Counted from the stretch's first letter, positions 10,191 through 21,334 are shown. The stretch is 64,000 bases of DNA from Candidatus Eremiobacteria bacterium (GCA_963737065.1 CAVTRC010000001.1:64001-128000), one strand, 5' to 3'. Program-made: numbers and translations. The notes: generated by a model from the letters alone, not told the origin.

Positions 10191-11789
10191 TTGAAACTGG
10201 TTCGCATTGCGCTAGTGCTCGTTTCGTCGCTAATCGTGGTTGCATGCTCACACAGTTTCGGGTCCATCTCATCCAGAACAGCGCCACAGGACGACGAGTG
10301 GGTGACGTATGGCCATGATTACGGGAATAATCGCTTTTCTACATCGCAGCAGATAAATCGGACGAATGTTAGCCAGCTCGTGCCGCGTTACGTTGCTCAG
10401 ACAGGCGTCGTTGGACCGTTTGAAGCCTCCCCCATTGTTGCGGGCGGGGTAATGTATGTGTCGACCCCATACGACGGAATTATTGCGATAAATGCAACAA
10501 CGGGGAAGAGCATTTGGCGGCGCCCACCCCTCACTGGAAATTTTCTCCAGTGTTGTGGTCCGGTAAATCGCGGCGTCGCGATTTCTGGAAATCGCGTCAT
10601 CATTGGACAACTCGACGGCGTTTTGGTTGCGTTAGACGCCAAGACCGGGATGGTTCAATGGACCGCCGAGGTAGCCGACAATACAAAGGGTTACAGTATA
10701 ACGATGGCGCCTCTGATCTATCACGACACGGTGATCGTCGGAGTGGGAGGAGGCGAATTTGGAATACGAGGCTTCTTGGCGGCCTATCATGTCCGAGATG
10801 GAAAACTCAAATGGCGATGGTATGCGACGGATTCACGTCACTGGTTTGGAACGACAGCCCGACTTCGCACCGATGAAGGGCTCGCAAGTGAAGCCGAATC
10901 CCAGCAATTACGTGCACGATTTTCGAACTCATGGCAACGCGGCGGGGGCGGGATTTGGACGTCTCCAGCCATAGACCCACAAACTCGTACGATTTTCGTG
11001 GCGACCGGCAACCCGTGGCCGATGTCGCGCGGAACATCGCGGCCCGGGGACAATCTCTATACGGATTCGATCGTCGCTCTTGATGCAGACACTGGTCGCA
11101 TGAAGTGGTACTTCCAGCAAACGCCTCACGATGTCGACGACCTCGACGCGGCGTCGCCTCCCCTGCTTTTCGATACTGTTGACACTGCTGGCCATTCGTT
11201 ACGTGCTCTGGGCGAGATCGGTAAAACCGGAATCTTCTATATTCTCGACCGCTCCAATGGCCATCTCATCCGCCAGTCGCGCCCATTGCTGCGCGGTATT
11301 ACACCCATCAATAGTCGGCAGCGCTTTGCAGGCGGAAGCACGTGGTCACCAGTCTCATTCGATCCGAGGTTAGGATACGCGATAGTGACGGTGACCGCCC
11401 GTCCTCTTGCCGAAGGAAACGTCAAGAGAGGCGCGTTTGATGCGACCGCGTGGAACGCCGCATTTGGAACCGTCTCCGCGATTTCCGTCACAAGCGGACA
11501 TGTGATATGGCAAGATTGGTTCAACGAAGGAGTTGTGGGTGGCTCATTATCGACTGCCGGCGACCTCACATTTGTTGGTGAAGGGGGCGGGTACTTTGAC
11601 GCGCTTGACACGAAAACCGGAGAACGGTTGTGGCATTTCGAAACGGGCGCCGGCGTCAACGCTCCTCCGATCACTTACACGATCGACGGGCACCAATATG
11701 TTGCTGTAGCCGTTGGTGGCAACCAGCAACTTGGGACGCAGTACGGCGATGCTATTTTTGCGTTCACGCTCTTCGACGATGGACCTTAA
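10191..11789 (+). CDS. PQQ-dependent dehydrogenase (alcohol/methanol family beta-propeller), probable lipoprotein
   Basis: Lipobox VVAC, WVTYGHD, vicinal CC (CCGPVNRG), GGEFGIRG, TGNP, WYFQQTPHD, GHQYVAV and Trp-docking repeats. Confidence 0.9.
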   Translation: MKLVRIALVLVSSLIVVACSHSFGSISSRTAPQDDEWVTYGHDYGNNRFSTSQQINRTNVSQLVPRYVAQTGVVGPFEASPIVAGGVMYVSTPYDGIIAINATTGKSIWRRPPLTGNFLQCCGPVNRGVAISGNRVIIGQLDGVLVALDAKTGMVQWTAEVADNTKGYSITMAPLIYHDTVIVGVGGGEFGIRGFLAAYHVRDGKLKWRWYATDSRHWFGTTARLRTDEGLASEAESQQLRARFSNSWQRGGGGIWTSPAIDPQTRTIFVATGNPWPMSRGTSRPGDNLYTDSIVALDADTGRMKWYFQQTPHDVDDLDAASPPLLFDTVDTAGHSLRALGEIGKTGIFYILDRSNGHLIRQSRPLLRGITPINSRQRFAGGSTWSPVSFDPRLGYAIVTVTARPLAEGNVKRGAFDATAWNAAFGTVSAISVTSGHVIWQDWFNEGVVGGSLSTAGDLTFVGEGGGYFDALDTKTGERLWHFETGAGVNAPPITYTIDGHQYVAVAVGGNQQLGTQYGDAIFAFTLFDDGP

Positions 11790-12477
11790 GGACTCCCGGC
11801 GAGTCGTATAGATAACCATCTATTTTCGAGCGGCGCGCGCTGCTAAGACCGGCGCGTTGAAGGATCGAGTCGATCGCGGCGTAGTCAGCTGACACCCCTT
11901 CCGGGGCAATGTCACGGAACACACCCAACTCCAGCCGTAACATGCTCATCGCGCGTTCGTCGAGGCGCGTAATTCTGTTGTAGCGGTATTCTCGTTTTGT
12001 TTTTAACTTGTCCGCTTGGATCGCCGCGACATACTGCTCGCGCGCCTTCGTATCTTGGATATTTTTCGGGTCGGTGCAGGGCGGAAGTGATCGCCCATCC
12101 GGTTCTCGGGGTGGGATTATACAACCCTGTGGGCGGTTTTTGGGGTCGAGAGGATCATAGCCCGGTTCATAGGCCTTTTCGATCACCGCAAGCACGTTCG
12201 CCCATCCTTGCACGAAGCTTCGACGGGTCGCGATGAAGTTGTTAGGTGTCAGTAACTGAACGTCGACGGAACCATCCATCGCGTCCTCTGCAGTTTCAAG
12301 ATCATCGAGCGAGTGCGACGTTTCATATCGCTGCAACGCTTGAGCAGACGAATTGACATGAGTTGACGTAAGCGCTTCTGCTGCGACCATGCGAGTATCG
12401 GCGATAGATACACCCTCGCACCACATAGACATTATCAGGAACCCAGCAATGACGCGTGGACGTGCAATAGTAATCAT
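11764..12477 (-). CDS. Hypothetical secreted protein
   Basis: 237-aa ORF with a signal-like N-terminus and GAGG RBS. Directly follows the 12484-13455 ORF. Confidence 0.7.
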   Translation of the reverse strand: MITIARPRVIAGFLIMSMWCEGVSIADTRMVAAEALTSTHVNSSAQALQRYETSHSLDDLETAEDAMDGSVDVQLLTPNNFIATRRSFVQGWANVLAVIEKAYEPGYDPLDPKNRPQGCIIPPREPDGRSLPPCTDPKNIQDTKAREQYVAAIQADKLKTKREYRYNRITRLDERAMSMLRLELGVFRDIAPEGVSADYAAIDSILQRAGLSSARRSKIDGYLYDSPGVLKVHRRRA

Positions 12478-12483
12478 CCTCAG

Positions 12484-13455
12484 TTACTGCCCTGGATAAC
12501 TTGAAGTTGGATTATTTACCGCGCTCGTTGCGCTATTATGGTCCTTCGAGAGCGTAAGTGCACCAGCGGTGTTTCCCGTCGCCTGTTGCGTTATTGTGGG
12601 TCCGAAAGTGCGCCAATTCCCAACTAGACTGTACTGCGTCGGGATAGGAGCCGTCTCTACACTATTCTGGAATTGATTGCCTGGGCACGAGCCCGAGTAA
12701 GCGTTATCGGTTCTGCTGAGCAACGTGCCACGACCGGGCACGACCGTCGTAGTCATCGGCTGCCCTGGCGCCGGTGTAAGGGGACCGCTTTGGCACCACC
12801 AGTCGCCGGGGTTTGTTGCGGTTGTCATCGCAGAGCCTTCTTGCTCGCTTACGGCCGCGAACGAGACGCTATCCGGGTACAGGTAAACGTTAGAATTAAA
12901 GCCGATGTCTGCTAAGCCTTGCGTGTGTCGAAGGAGCCCGTCGCCAAAATAATAAGCTTGCGATGGCGCGATCACCGTGACTGTCAAATCAGTTTCTTGA
13001 CACCCTTTGGTTCCGAGCCCGTACACGGCGACGTCGATTGTCCCCGGAGTATTTACATCGGTTAAGTCCCCCGCAGTTATCGTTGCAGGGGTTCTTGAGC
13101 TGCTCAGGTGATCGGTAGTCCCTGTCGGGGTCGCAATAATCATGTTCGAGCCATTCGATGAAATCTGAACCTGCTCGCCGACGCCAATCGTCGTGCGATT
13201 CTGCGGTTGAGGCTCAGTATCGACATCAGTTAACATAAGCGTGCAAGACGGATTTCCGCCGCTGCCGCCGCTTCCGCCTCCGCATTTATAATAATTACCG
13301 TCTTTATAGCACAGTGACTGCGGCGTCACGCGAAACCTGCCGCTATCCCGGCTGGTATAATCGTGCATTACCGGGACCGAAGACTGACGGCCGCCACAAG
13401 CCACTAAAGTGGAGAGCAGGCCAAGTGCGGCTATGAGCGGCGCAATGAGTCGCAT
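12484..13455 (-). CDS. Hypothetical lipoprotein, Thr/Gly-rich
   Basis: Lipobox LVAC, GGGSGGSGG linker, GAGG RBS. Confidence 0.75.
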   Translation of the reverse strand: MRLIAPLIAALGLLSTLVACGGRQSSVPVMHDYTSRDSGRFRVTPQSLCYKDGNYYKCGGGSGGSGGNPSCTLMLTDVDTEPQPQNRTTIGVGEQVQISSNGSNMIIATPTGTTDHLSSSRTPATITAGDLTDVNTPGTIDVAVYGLGTKGCQETDLTVTVIAPSQAYYFGDGLLRHTQGLADIGFNSNVYLYPDSVSFAAVSEQEGSAMTTATNPGDWWCQSGPLTPAPGQPMTTTVVPGRGTLLSRTDNAYSGSCPGNQFQNSVETAPIPTQYSLVGNWRTFGPTITQQATGNTAGALTLSKDHNSATSAVNNPTSSYPGQ

Positions 13456-13664
13456 TTCACAACCTCGCTAACGCCACGCCCTCGCGCGGCAAACTAGCAC
13501 ATCTACGACAGGCGCTGAGGTATCAAGGAAGCCAAGGAAATTCGTTGCGGTTTGCGCGTACGCGAAATTTATTCTACGCCCACACTTTTACACCGTGCGG
13601 TGATGATATACCTAATCGGAATGTGAGGCAAGAGGACGAACCATCTTGCTTGCTAATAAGACTT

Positions 13665-14969
13665 TAGAGTAGCCCCTTAAATCCCCGGACACGGCAAGTC
13701 TCCATCTAAGTGTTAGGAGAATGCCTGTGTTTATGCCTAGTTCGAGAGAGACCATTGACGTTATGACGTCGGTCCAGCGTCGTCGCCGCTGGTCGGCGAA
13801 CGAGAAGGTGCGTATCGTCAACGAGACCTATCAGCCCCGCGCGTCAGTTTCGGCCGTCGCCCGTCGTCACGGCATCGCGCCGAACCCGCTCTTCCAATGG
13901 CGCCGTCTTGCAGCGCAGGGGGCGATATCTGCCGTCGGTGCCAGCGAAGAGCTCGTTCTGGCCTCAGAATTTTAGTCGCTGCAACTGCAGAACGGTGAAC
14001 TCCAGCGGCTGCGCGGTGAGAAACGATGGAGAACGAGATTGTTCACGAAGCGCTCGCATTCGGCGCATCAAAAAAGTGCATATCGCACGCGCCGCCATCG
14101 TTGCCGCCCATCCACGACGAACAGCAGCGACGGTTGCGCGTCCGATTGGTACTTGTCGTTCCGTACTCACGGTTAAGCTGAAGAGCGGCAAGCGTCGTGT
14201 AAAGCGTTGCCAAGTCGCGAGCTTCTCGAAGAGATTCGTGCGGTTATCGAGGAGCGCTCCAGCTATCGATATCGTGCGTGAGCATACTTCCACGTAGGCG
14301 ACGTCTGCGCGGCGAGCTTGGACGGAATCGCAAGCGCGTGTACCGCGTAATGAAGGCGAACGGGTTGCTACTGGAACGTTCCACCAGTGATACCGGCGAA
14401 CGGCACCATGATGGAAGATCGCCGTTGCGGAAAGCAACTTGCGCTGGTACTCCGACGGCTTTTACGATTTCATGCGATACTGGCGAACGCGTGAATGTTG
14501 CATTTACGCTCGATTGTTGCGATTCGCGAAGCGATGGATGGAAATCGGCACGTCCGGTGTGATCGCGGGCGATCATATCCGCTTCTTGATGATCGCGAGC
14601 ATCAAGAAGCCATTCGTCGGTGAGACGCCCGAACACGCGATTCAATGGCTTTCGAACAACGGCTCAATGTATACGGCACGCGATACGCGCAACTGCGGTC
14701 CTATGATCGGTCTCAGTCGTCGACGCAGCGTCCGTCCGAAGCCCACAATCGATCGGGATGGCCGAAGCGTTCGTCTAGACAATGAAGCGAGATTATGTCG
14801 CTGTGCACGGAGCTCCGGACGCGATCACCGTGCTTAAGAATCTTCCTCGATCGATTGAGGAGTACAACGAAAATCAGCCGCACAAGGCTCTCGGATATCG
14901 GTCGCTAAGAAAATTCAGACGCTCAAAGCTAAGTAAGATCGCCTGAACGGAATTTTACCGGCAACTCCA
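13665..14969 (+). mobile_element. Degenerate IS3-family (IS2-like) element
   Basis: OrfA RRRRWSANEKVRIVNETYQP...VARRHGI. Frameshifted OrfB pieces RWYSDGF, IQWLSNNGS and EEYNENQPHKALG. Imperfect ends TAGAGTAGCC / GGCAACTCCA. Confidence 0.8.
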
Positions 14970-15420
14970 GCCGCACCGCGCACCTGTTTGCACGGTTTGT
15001 CCGCTCTCGCGCCAGACGGTCTCGTGATCGTATCGAAGCCGAAGGTGCGCTGAACCGTAGCGAGCCGGAACTCCGAAAGGCGATTGCTTTCGCGCAGCAC
15101 AGTTTGCGCGACTGAGCGGGCATCGTTATCGTCTGACTTTCCGCGCTGCGTGCTGGCACGTCGATTATGCTTGGTGCATACGCCGGCAACTTCGACACGA
15201 GTGCGCGGCGGCGGCCCAGTGAATCGCAAACGCATATCCGTATAGAGACGGACCCTTCGACTCCCCAAACGCAACAGCCGAGCTTCGAGCTTCCGCAACC
15301 GCGCTCTCGTAGCTCTCAGTGTTCGTCAGAAATCTTAGGCTTCCAAGAGCCTGGCCGGCGGAATCGATAAAACCGGCGGTGTTCGTAGATTTATGGCAAT
15401 AAAGCCGGCAACAACTCGCA
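14970..15420 (-). pseudogene. IS110 transposase remnant related to the gene at 8101-9174
   Basis: Fragments CHKSTNTAGFIDSAGQALG, EVAGVCTKHNRRASTQRGKSDDNDARSVAQTVLRE and RDRLARERT lie in shifting frames. Confidence 0.8.
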
Positions 15421-15639
15421 AGTGTGCGTGCGCGTTCGAAGGTGTCCACGAAACTCGAACCAGCCGAGACGTCGATCACCAAGCACTTGTTGGGCGCGCC
15501 ACGAGCGTGCCATAAGAACGACACAAGAATACGGCGTGGTTTGAATAGGTGTACCTTACCAGTAATAGCTAAATTGTCGTGGTGACGTGACGTGTGCATA
15601 ATGTGACTTAAGAGTTCGTAAATTCCTAGCCGCACAAAC

Positions 15640-15672
15640 AAAAAAGGCCGAGGAAAAGCCGCCGGCTTTTTT
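15640..15672. terminator. Bidirectional terminator-like hairpin
   Basis: AAAAAAAGGCCG...CCGGCTTTTTT with A and T tails. Confidence 0.45.
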
Positions 15673-16813
15673 ATTGACGGATTCTCAGGATGCGCCCGCT
15701 ATTTGGAACGTCGCGTGTACGCCATGAGCGCATCATTGGTGAAATTAACGTTTGAAACACGGCGTGTACACGTCGAAGATCGTTAGACCGATCGCGCGAC
15801 CGTAATGCGGTTCGCTGCCTCCACCTTGGATTACGGATCCCGCCGGCAAGAGGCGCTCCGCCGATCGCGCGTGATGCTTGTCGAAACCGACCGCGAGCGT
15901 GCCGTGCAGGACCGTATATATCGCGTAAATGTTATGGTTCGTATGCCACGGATAAATGAAACCCGCGGGAAAACTTCATTCGAACCAAGTTGTCGCAGAC
16001 ATCCGAGTTCCTCCCGCGAATCACCGCATAAAAGCTTCCGGTCCCTTTCCCGGTATCAGCGATCCAGTGTACCTGGTTCGGAAGCGTATACGTGGTTTGC
16101 GAGGCGGCGCCGGCTGCACGCCAAGAGCGCAGATCGCAATCGCGGCCGGCAAAGCTAAGCGAAAACGGAAACGACCCATTTTACTCCTTTTCAAATTGGC
16201 ACTTACCCCATCTCGCAAAGCACTGGAGATTTCGCGGCGCCAAGCGTGAGCAGCGCGTACGCGCTTCGGATTCGGTGCGTCACTAGCGAAAGCGTTTCTA
16301 CTTCTCGGGAGAGATAGCGGGTGGTCTCCGTTCGGTGCGCAAGCGATGAAGCCTATCAAAACTTCGCGCATCGTAATCGACAGCAGCACTGCGCCGAAGA
16401 ACGGACGGGTCTTCTCGTCGCATTCAAACGGCTCGTGCCATCCTTCTTCGTGGTCTGTGAATCACCGAAACGAAACGATGCGAACGCGTGTTGACTCGAG
16501 GATGATAATGGGACTTAGGAGATGGGCATGCCGCATAATCGGACTTACAGTGATAATGTCACTAGCGCCTAGCTAAATAGCTAAAGAGCTTAAACGTCCG
16601 GAATCCCATTTGATGCAACGTTCTCGCCTCTGATGGGACGCTCACGAACGCATGAAGAGGCAGCGCTCGCGCTGCCTTTGTTTAGGCAGTGAAGGATGCA
16701 CAGAGACCGGGACAGGAAGCTGGTTCCGTCAGCAAGCCCAAACCTTGCGCGGGAGCGGCGCTCTATAGAAACCCCATAGAGTCAAACAACCGCTTCTGGA
16801 GAAAGAAAGTCGA

Positions 16814-17497
16814 GTGATTGATGTCACGAGTGCTAAGGCGCGCCGACGCTTCTATCTGGAGCGTGGGATGCGCAAACGACCGAGCGGGGGCGGCAGCAAT
16901 TTCGCATTTCTCATGGCGCTTCCAAGAACTCCACTTCCGATGAAGCCGGAAGAGATCTTCGAAGACGTCGCGTTCGTCGTGATAGGCGGTGTTGCAACGC
17001 GTGCTTACGCTCCCGAGCGTTCCACCAAAGACATTGACTTCATGGTTGAGCACGACCGTTTCCAAGATGCCACTACGCAACTGCGTACGCACGGGTTTAC
17101 CAAAGTAACCGAACTATTTTTTCCAAACACGACGCTTGGACTCCACGGCGAAGCGTGGACTAAGGATTCACTTGAGATAGACATTATGTCTAGTCCGCAG
17201 GAATGGTGCAAAAAGGCCTTCGGTGGACGAGTTGAAGACGAAACCGGACTTCGCGTTATTCCCCTGCCATATCTTGTGCTCATGAAATTCGACTCAGCAC
17301 GAGGTATCGATCAGGGCGATCTTACACGAATGCTAGGTCCGCTTGACGACGAGAAGATCGAACAAATCGTTAGAGTCGTCGAACGGTATTCCGGCGATCC
17401 CGGTGCAGGCGATGAAATCCGTCAATATGCTCTACTTGGTCGTTGGGAGCTTCAAAATAGCACTCGCAAAGCCAAACGAGGAGATGCTGCACGATGA
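16814..17497 (+). CDS. Nucleotidyltransferase-family protein (start uncertain)
   Basis: hGG motif (VVIGGVA) and DxD (RSTKDIDF), plus LVLMK and DQGDL. Confidence 0.75.
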   Translation: MIDVTSAKARRRFYLERGMRKRPSGGGSNFAFLMALPRTPLPMKPEEIFEDVAFVVIGGVATRAYAPERSTKDIDFMVEHDRFQDATTQLRTHGFTKVTELFFPNTTLGLHGEAWTKDSLEIDIMSSPQEWCKKAFGGRVEDETGLRVIPLPYLVLMKFDSARGIDQGDLTRMLGPLDDEKIEQIVRVVERYSGDPGAGDEIRQYALLGRWELQNSTRKAKRGDAAR

Positions 17498-17692
17498 TCC
17501 TTCTCTTGCGGTCACCGCGCAGTCGAACGTGCAATCATGCGACTTACCGCTCTCGGCGACCGCATTATGTTCCTTACGGCGTCTCAATAACCACGCGACC
17601 GAAATCGCACTTCCGTCTGTAAACGGTACGAGAGCCCACCGGTAAGGCGTGCGAAGGGCTGCGCGAGACCGCAAGCCAACGCCTATCACGTA

Positions 17693-17944
17693 ATGGCGAA
17701 ACAACATCTTCGCGCGGGTCCCGTTCACAGTATGCCTACGGACCTTCGCAAAGCGATCGACTCCGACTCGATTGCGAAGGAAATGTGGGCGGATATTACT
17801 CCGCTGGCACGCAATGAATGGATCTGTTGGGTTACGTCAGCGAAGAAAGACGAAACTCGGGAACGACGCATTACCGTCGGGCTTGATAAACTGCGCAAAG
17901 GTATGCGCCGACCGTGCTGCTGGCCGGGTTGCCCGCACCGATAG
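17693..17944 (+). CDS. YdeI/OmpD-associated family protein
   Basis: PTDLRKA...WADITPLARNEWICWVTSAKKDETRERRI...RPCCWPGC. Confidence 0.85.
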   Translation: MAKQHLRAGPVHSMPTDLRKAIDSDSIAKEMWADITPLARNEWICWVTSAKKDETRERRITVGLDKLRKGMRRPCCWPGCPHR

Positions 17945-17950
17945 CGCGTT

Positions 17951-19172
17951 TCACCGATCGCGTACAAAAGCGATTGTACGCGGGTGCCATGCAAAGCGAT
18001 CGCTGCGTGGAACGTAGCCGTAGTAGCCGATGCCACGGTCCGGCAGGTTTGCGACGTCTCGTGTCTGCCGGGTGTCTAGATCGTATTCCCGCAGCCGATC
18101 GTGCGAAACAAACAGCAGGCGACTCGCGGTGATCCACGTCGGCCAAGACACATCCGTACCTGCTTCGCTCACGGTTACCGCGCCCTCCGGAGAACGCGCA
18201 GGCGCGAGAACCAGCCGCCGTGTGTTGTTCCAAGCATCCCATCCTGCAATCGCGCGCGGTCCTTGCCCTGCGTGAAGTTCGGCGGCGCGTACGAACGCCA
18301 CGTACTCACCACTTGGCGACCACGCCGGATCCAAATCGACGAAGCCCGGCTTGTGATTCCACGACGCGCATGCCGCGGTACGAATCGTGCAGCGGACTAA
18401 ATGCTCGGAATTGAAAATTTCACGCGTCTCGCCTGCGATCGCGGCGAACGCGCGCCCGCCGGGCGCAAAGGAGATCCAATCGCGCAGAGGATATGCGGCG
18501 ATCGGAAACAGTGCGACGACCGGCGGTGCGGTTCGCGGTAACCAAACCGCGACGTCGTGGCGAACAGCGGAGAGCGAAATCATTCCGAGAGGCACGGTGT
18601 CGGACATCAATGAGGCCGAATGCTGCGGGTCGTTCCAGAAGAGCGCGGTCGCTCCGTCACGCGCAAGTCCCGGCAAGATCCAGATCATCATCATCGCTAG
18701 CGTGCACCTGAACGGAGAGCGCGCCGTTACTCGCAAGCAGCGTCGCGGGCCCGGGCAGCCCATTGGACTGCGCCGCTCCCGCTTTCACCTGGAGTAACCA
18801 ATGCCCGTCGGTTGTCCTCTGCGTACGCGTGCACATCGGCAGCGGTTCGGGACAGTAAGGCGCCGGATCCGGCACGATCTCATCGCGACGCGCGCCAATA
18901 TCGTAAACGTGGAATGCACCGGCGGAACGGAATTGTAAGCGGCTTGCATTGTGTGAGAATGCGATCGCCGTCGCATCCGTACGCGGCGTGACGACGATCG
19001 GCGTCCGTCCGGAACGGCAGAGGATCAAACCGTTTGTGCCCGCGAACGCAATACTGCCCGGCAGATTAGACGGACATGCCGGCGACGCGTGCGCGATCTT
19101 TTGTCCCGCGCAAACGAACAGCGAAATGCCCGCCACAGCGGCAAGAACCCACATCGCCTTACCTATGCCCAT
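17951..19172 (-). pseudogene. Secreted TolB/WD40-like beta-propeller protein split by one frameshift
   Basis: Signal peptide lies in ORF 18657-19172; PAWSPSG and SFAPGG repeats lie in ORF 17951-18763. The two join (DLAG|LARDG) if one base of the run at 18669-18671 is removed. Confidence 0.7.
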
Positions 19173-19392
19173 CGCTTCTCCTCGTTGACTAAAGAGCGAT
19201 GCGGTCAGGCCGGTCTGCCGTCCTGCTCATCACGACGGTATAGCAACGTCGCGATCGTCGCCGTAGCGAACTCGTCGGCAACATGCTGCCCGCCGCAAAC
19301 GACGCTCGTCGCGTACGATGTTATACGCGCAGCTTGTCGAAGAGACCACGCAACAGAAACGCCGTGTTAATTCGACAAGGAGAGCGCGGTTA

Positions 19393-21321
19393 ATGCTTAG
19401 ATCCCGATCGCTTATTGTCGCGTCGCTCGTGTTGCTAGCGGCAGTTGCGCCTCGTGCAGCCGCCGCGTTCACGCTGGCGCCGTCCGACGCGACGCAATCC
19501 GACCCGGTGATACTCGACGTCGATGCGACGCAGGCATCGCGCGGCATTCTCTTCGTGCACGAAACGATTCCCGTCAGCGCGTCGGAGTATAAACTGGTCT
19601 ATCCGAAATGGATTCCTGGCGAGCACGGCCCGACCGGACCGTTAAACGACTTAGCGGCGCTTCGCGTCAGTGCCGGCGGTAAACCGCTCGCGTGGCGCCG
19701 CGATACGATCGACATGTGGGGATTTCATGTTGCGGTGCCGCGCGGCATACGAAAGATCGATGTTGACTTCGACGTGCTGATGAACGGGCCGGACGACGTA
19801 ATGGCGTCGGGCGACGTCGCGGTCTTGAATTGGAACCGCGCCCTGCTCTATCAAGACGGCGTCAACTCGCATGAGTATTTCGTGCGTCCGTCGATCGCCT
19901 TGCCGAATGACTGGCAGTACGGAACGGCATTGCAAGGGATGCGCTCGAGCAATCGGGTCGACTTCCCGGTCACTGCGCTTAATATGCTTGTCGACTCGCC
20001 GCTCGATATGGGCCGATTCGTCAAAAAATGGACGCTTTCCGATATCAACGGGACGGATGTCGAGCTCGATGCGTTCGCGGACGCGCCGCAAGATCTCGAC
20101 GTACCCGCTAAACTGCTCGACGCATACAAGCGGGTCCCGGCCGAAGCATTTGCCCTCTATGGATCGCATCATTTCACCGCATATCATGCACTGCTGACCC
20201 TGACGAACGAGATTGGGTTCCAGGGGATCGAACATCACCAATCGAGCGACGATCGCGCTCCGGCGCAGTTCTTGACGAATCCCGACGAGTCACTTGCGAG
20301 CGGCGATCTCGTCACACATGAGTTCTCTCACTCCTGGAATGGAAAGTATCGCCGTCCCGAAGATTTGACGACGCCGAACTTCCAAGTCCCCATGCAGACG
20401 GATTTGCTCTGGGTCTACGAAGGCATGAACCAATATCTGGGCGATCTGCTCTCCTTCCGATCGGGCATTCGCCACTATAGAACGTATCCGCAATATTTGG
20501 CGATGATCTACGCCGAAATGGATACGGAGACCGGCCGCGACACGACGCCGCTCATCGATCTCACGACCGGCGCCCCATATTATTACGAAGCGGGAGGTCA
20601 GTATCACGCCATACGGCGTAGCGCGGGCGACTTCTACACCGAAGGCGAGTTGGTGTGGCTCGACGCGGACACGGTCATTCGCGAACGATCGCACGGCGCG
20701 CGATCGCTCGATACGTTCCTGCACAAGTTCACGGCGCCGGAGGTAACCGGACCGGTCACGCAAACGTACACCCGCGCCGAAGTGGAATCGCTGCTGAACT
20801 CCGTTGAGCCTTACGATTGGCACGGATTCTTCGAGAAGCGAATCTACGACGTGGCACTCCATCCGCCCACGCAAGACCTCGCTCGCGCGGGTTGGAAGTT
20901 CGTCTATACCGACAAGCCGAACGAATACATTACCGCAGATATGAGCCGCGACGATGGACCGCCGCACATCGATGCCTGGTACGATATCGGTGTCATGATG
21001 AGCGGTGAGGGCAAAGTTACCGACGTACGATACGGCTCGCCTGCGTGGCAAGCGGGGTTTGCGGTCGGCATGACGATCGACGCGATAAACCGCCAGCATT
21101 TCACCTCACGCGTGCTCGATTACGAGCTGCGCCAGGCAACGCGCACCACGGCCCCGATGACGATCGCCGTCGACATGGCGGGTTGGTTCCAAATACTCAA
21201 CCTCAATTATCATGGGGGTCCACGCTACCCGCACCTCGAGCGCGTTGCGGGCACACGGGATATGCTTGCCGACATTATGCGTCCGCACGCGGAACTTGAT
21301 GCGAGAACCCCTGCGCGGTAA
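19393..21321 (+). CDS. M61 glycyl aminopeptidase with PDZ domain
   Basis: PKWIPGEH, GIEHHQSS, HEFSHSWNGK (HExxH), LLWVYEG and a C-terminal PDZ-like GSPAWQAG. Confidence 0.92.
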   Translation: MLRSRSLIVASLVLLAAVAPRAAAAFTLAPSDATQSDPVILDVDATQASRGILFVHETIPVSASEYKLVYPKWIPGEHGPTGPLNDLAALRVSAGGKPLAWRRDTIDMWGFHVAVPRGIRKIDVDFDVLMNGPDDVMASGDVAVLNWNRALLYQDGVNSHEYFVRPSIALPNDWQYGTALQGMRSSNRVDFPVTALNMLVDSPLDMGRFVKKWTLSDINGTDVELDAFADAPQDLDVPAKLLDAYKRVPAEAFALYGSHHFTAYHALLTLTNEIGFQGIEHHQSSDDRAPAQFLTNPDESLASGDLVTHEFSHSWNGKYRRPEDLTTPNFQVPMQTDLLWVYEGMNQYLGDLLSFRSGIRHYRTYPQYLAMIYAEMDTETGRDTTPLIDLTTGAPYYYEAGGQYHAIRRSAGDFYTEGELVWLDADTVIRERSHGARSLDTFLHKFTAPEVTGPVTQTYTRAEVESLLNSVEPYDWHGFFEKRIYDVALHPPTQDLARAGWKFVYTDKPNEYITADMSRDDGPPHIDAWYDIGVMMSGEGKVTDVRYGSPAWQAGFAVGMTIDAINRQHFTSRVLDYELRQATRTTAPMTIAVDMAGWFQILNLNYHGGPRYPHLERVAGTRDMLADIMRPHAELDARTPAR

Positions 21322-21334
21322 CGACACCTCCAGT

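Noticed and set aside
15420..15640. Bridge RNA for the decayed third IS110
   Set aside because: The other end of the element is lost, so donor and target cannot be reconstructed or guides tested.
15700..16580. Several 60-120 aa ORFs
   Set aside because: No motifs, RBS or consistent strand. Treated as non-coding or decayed sequence.
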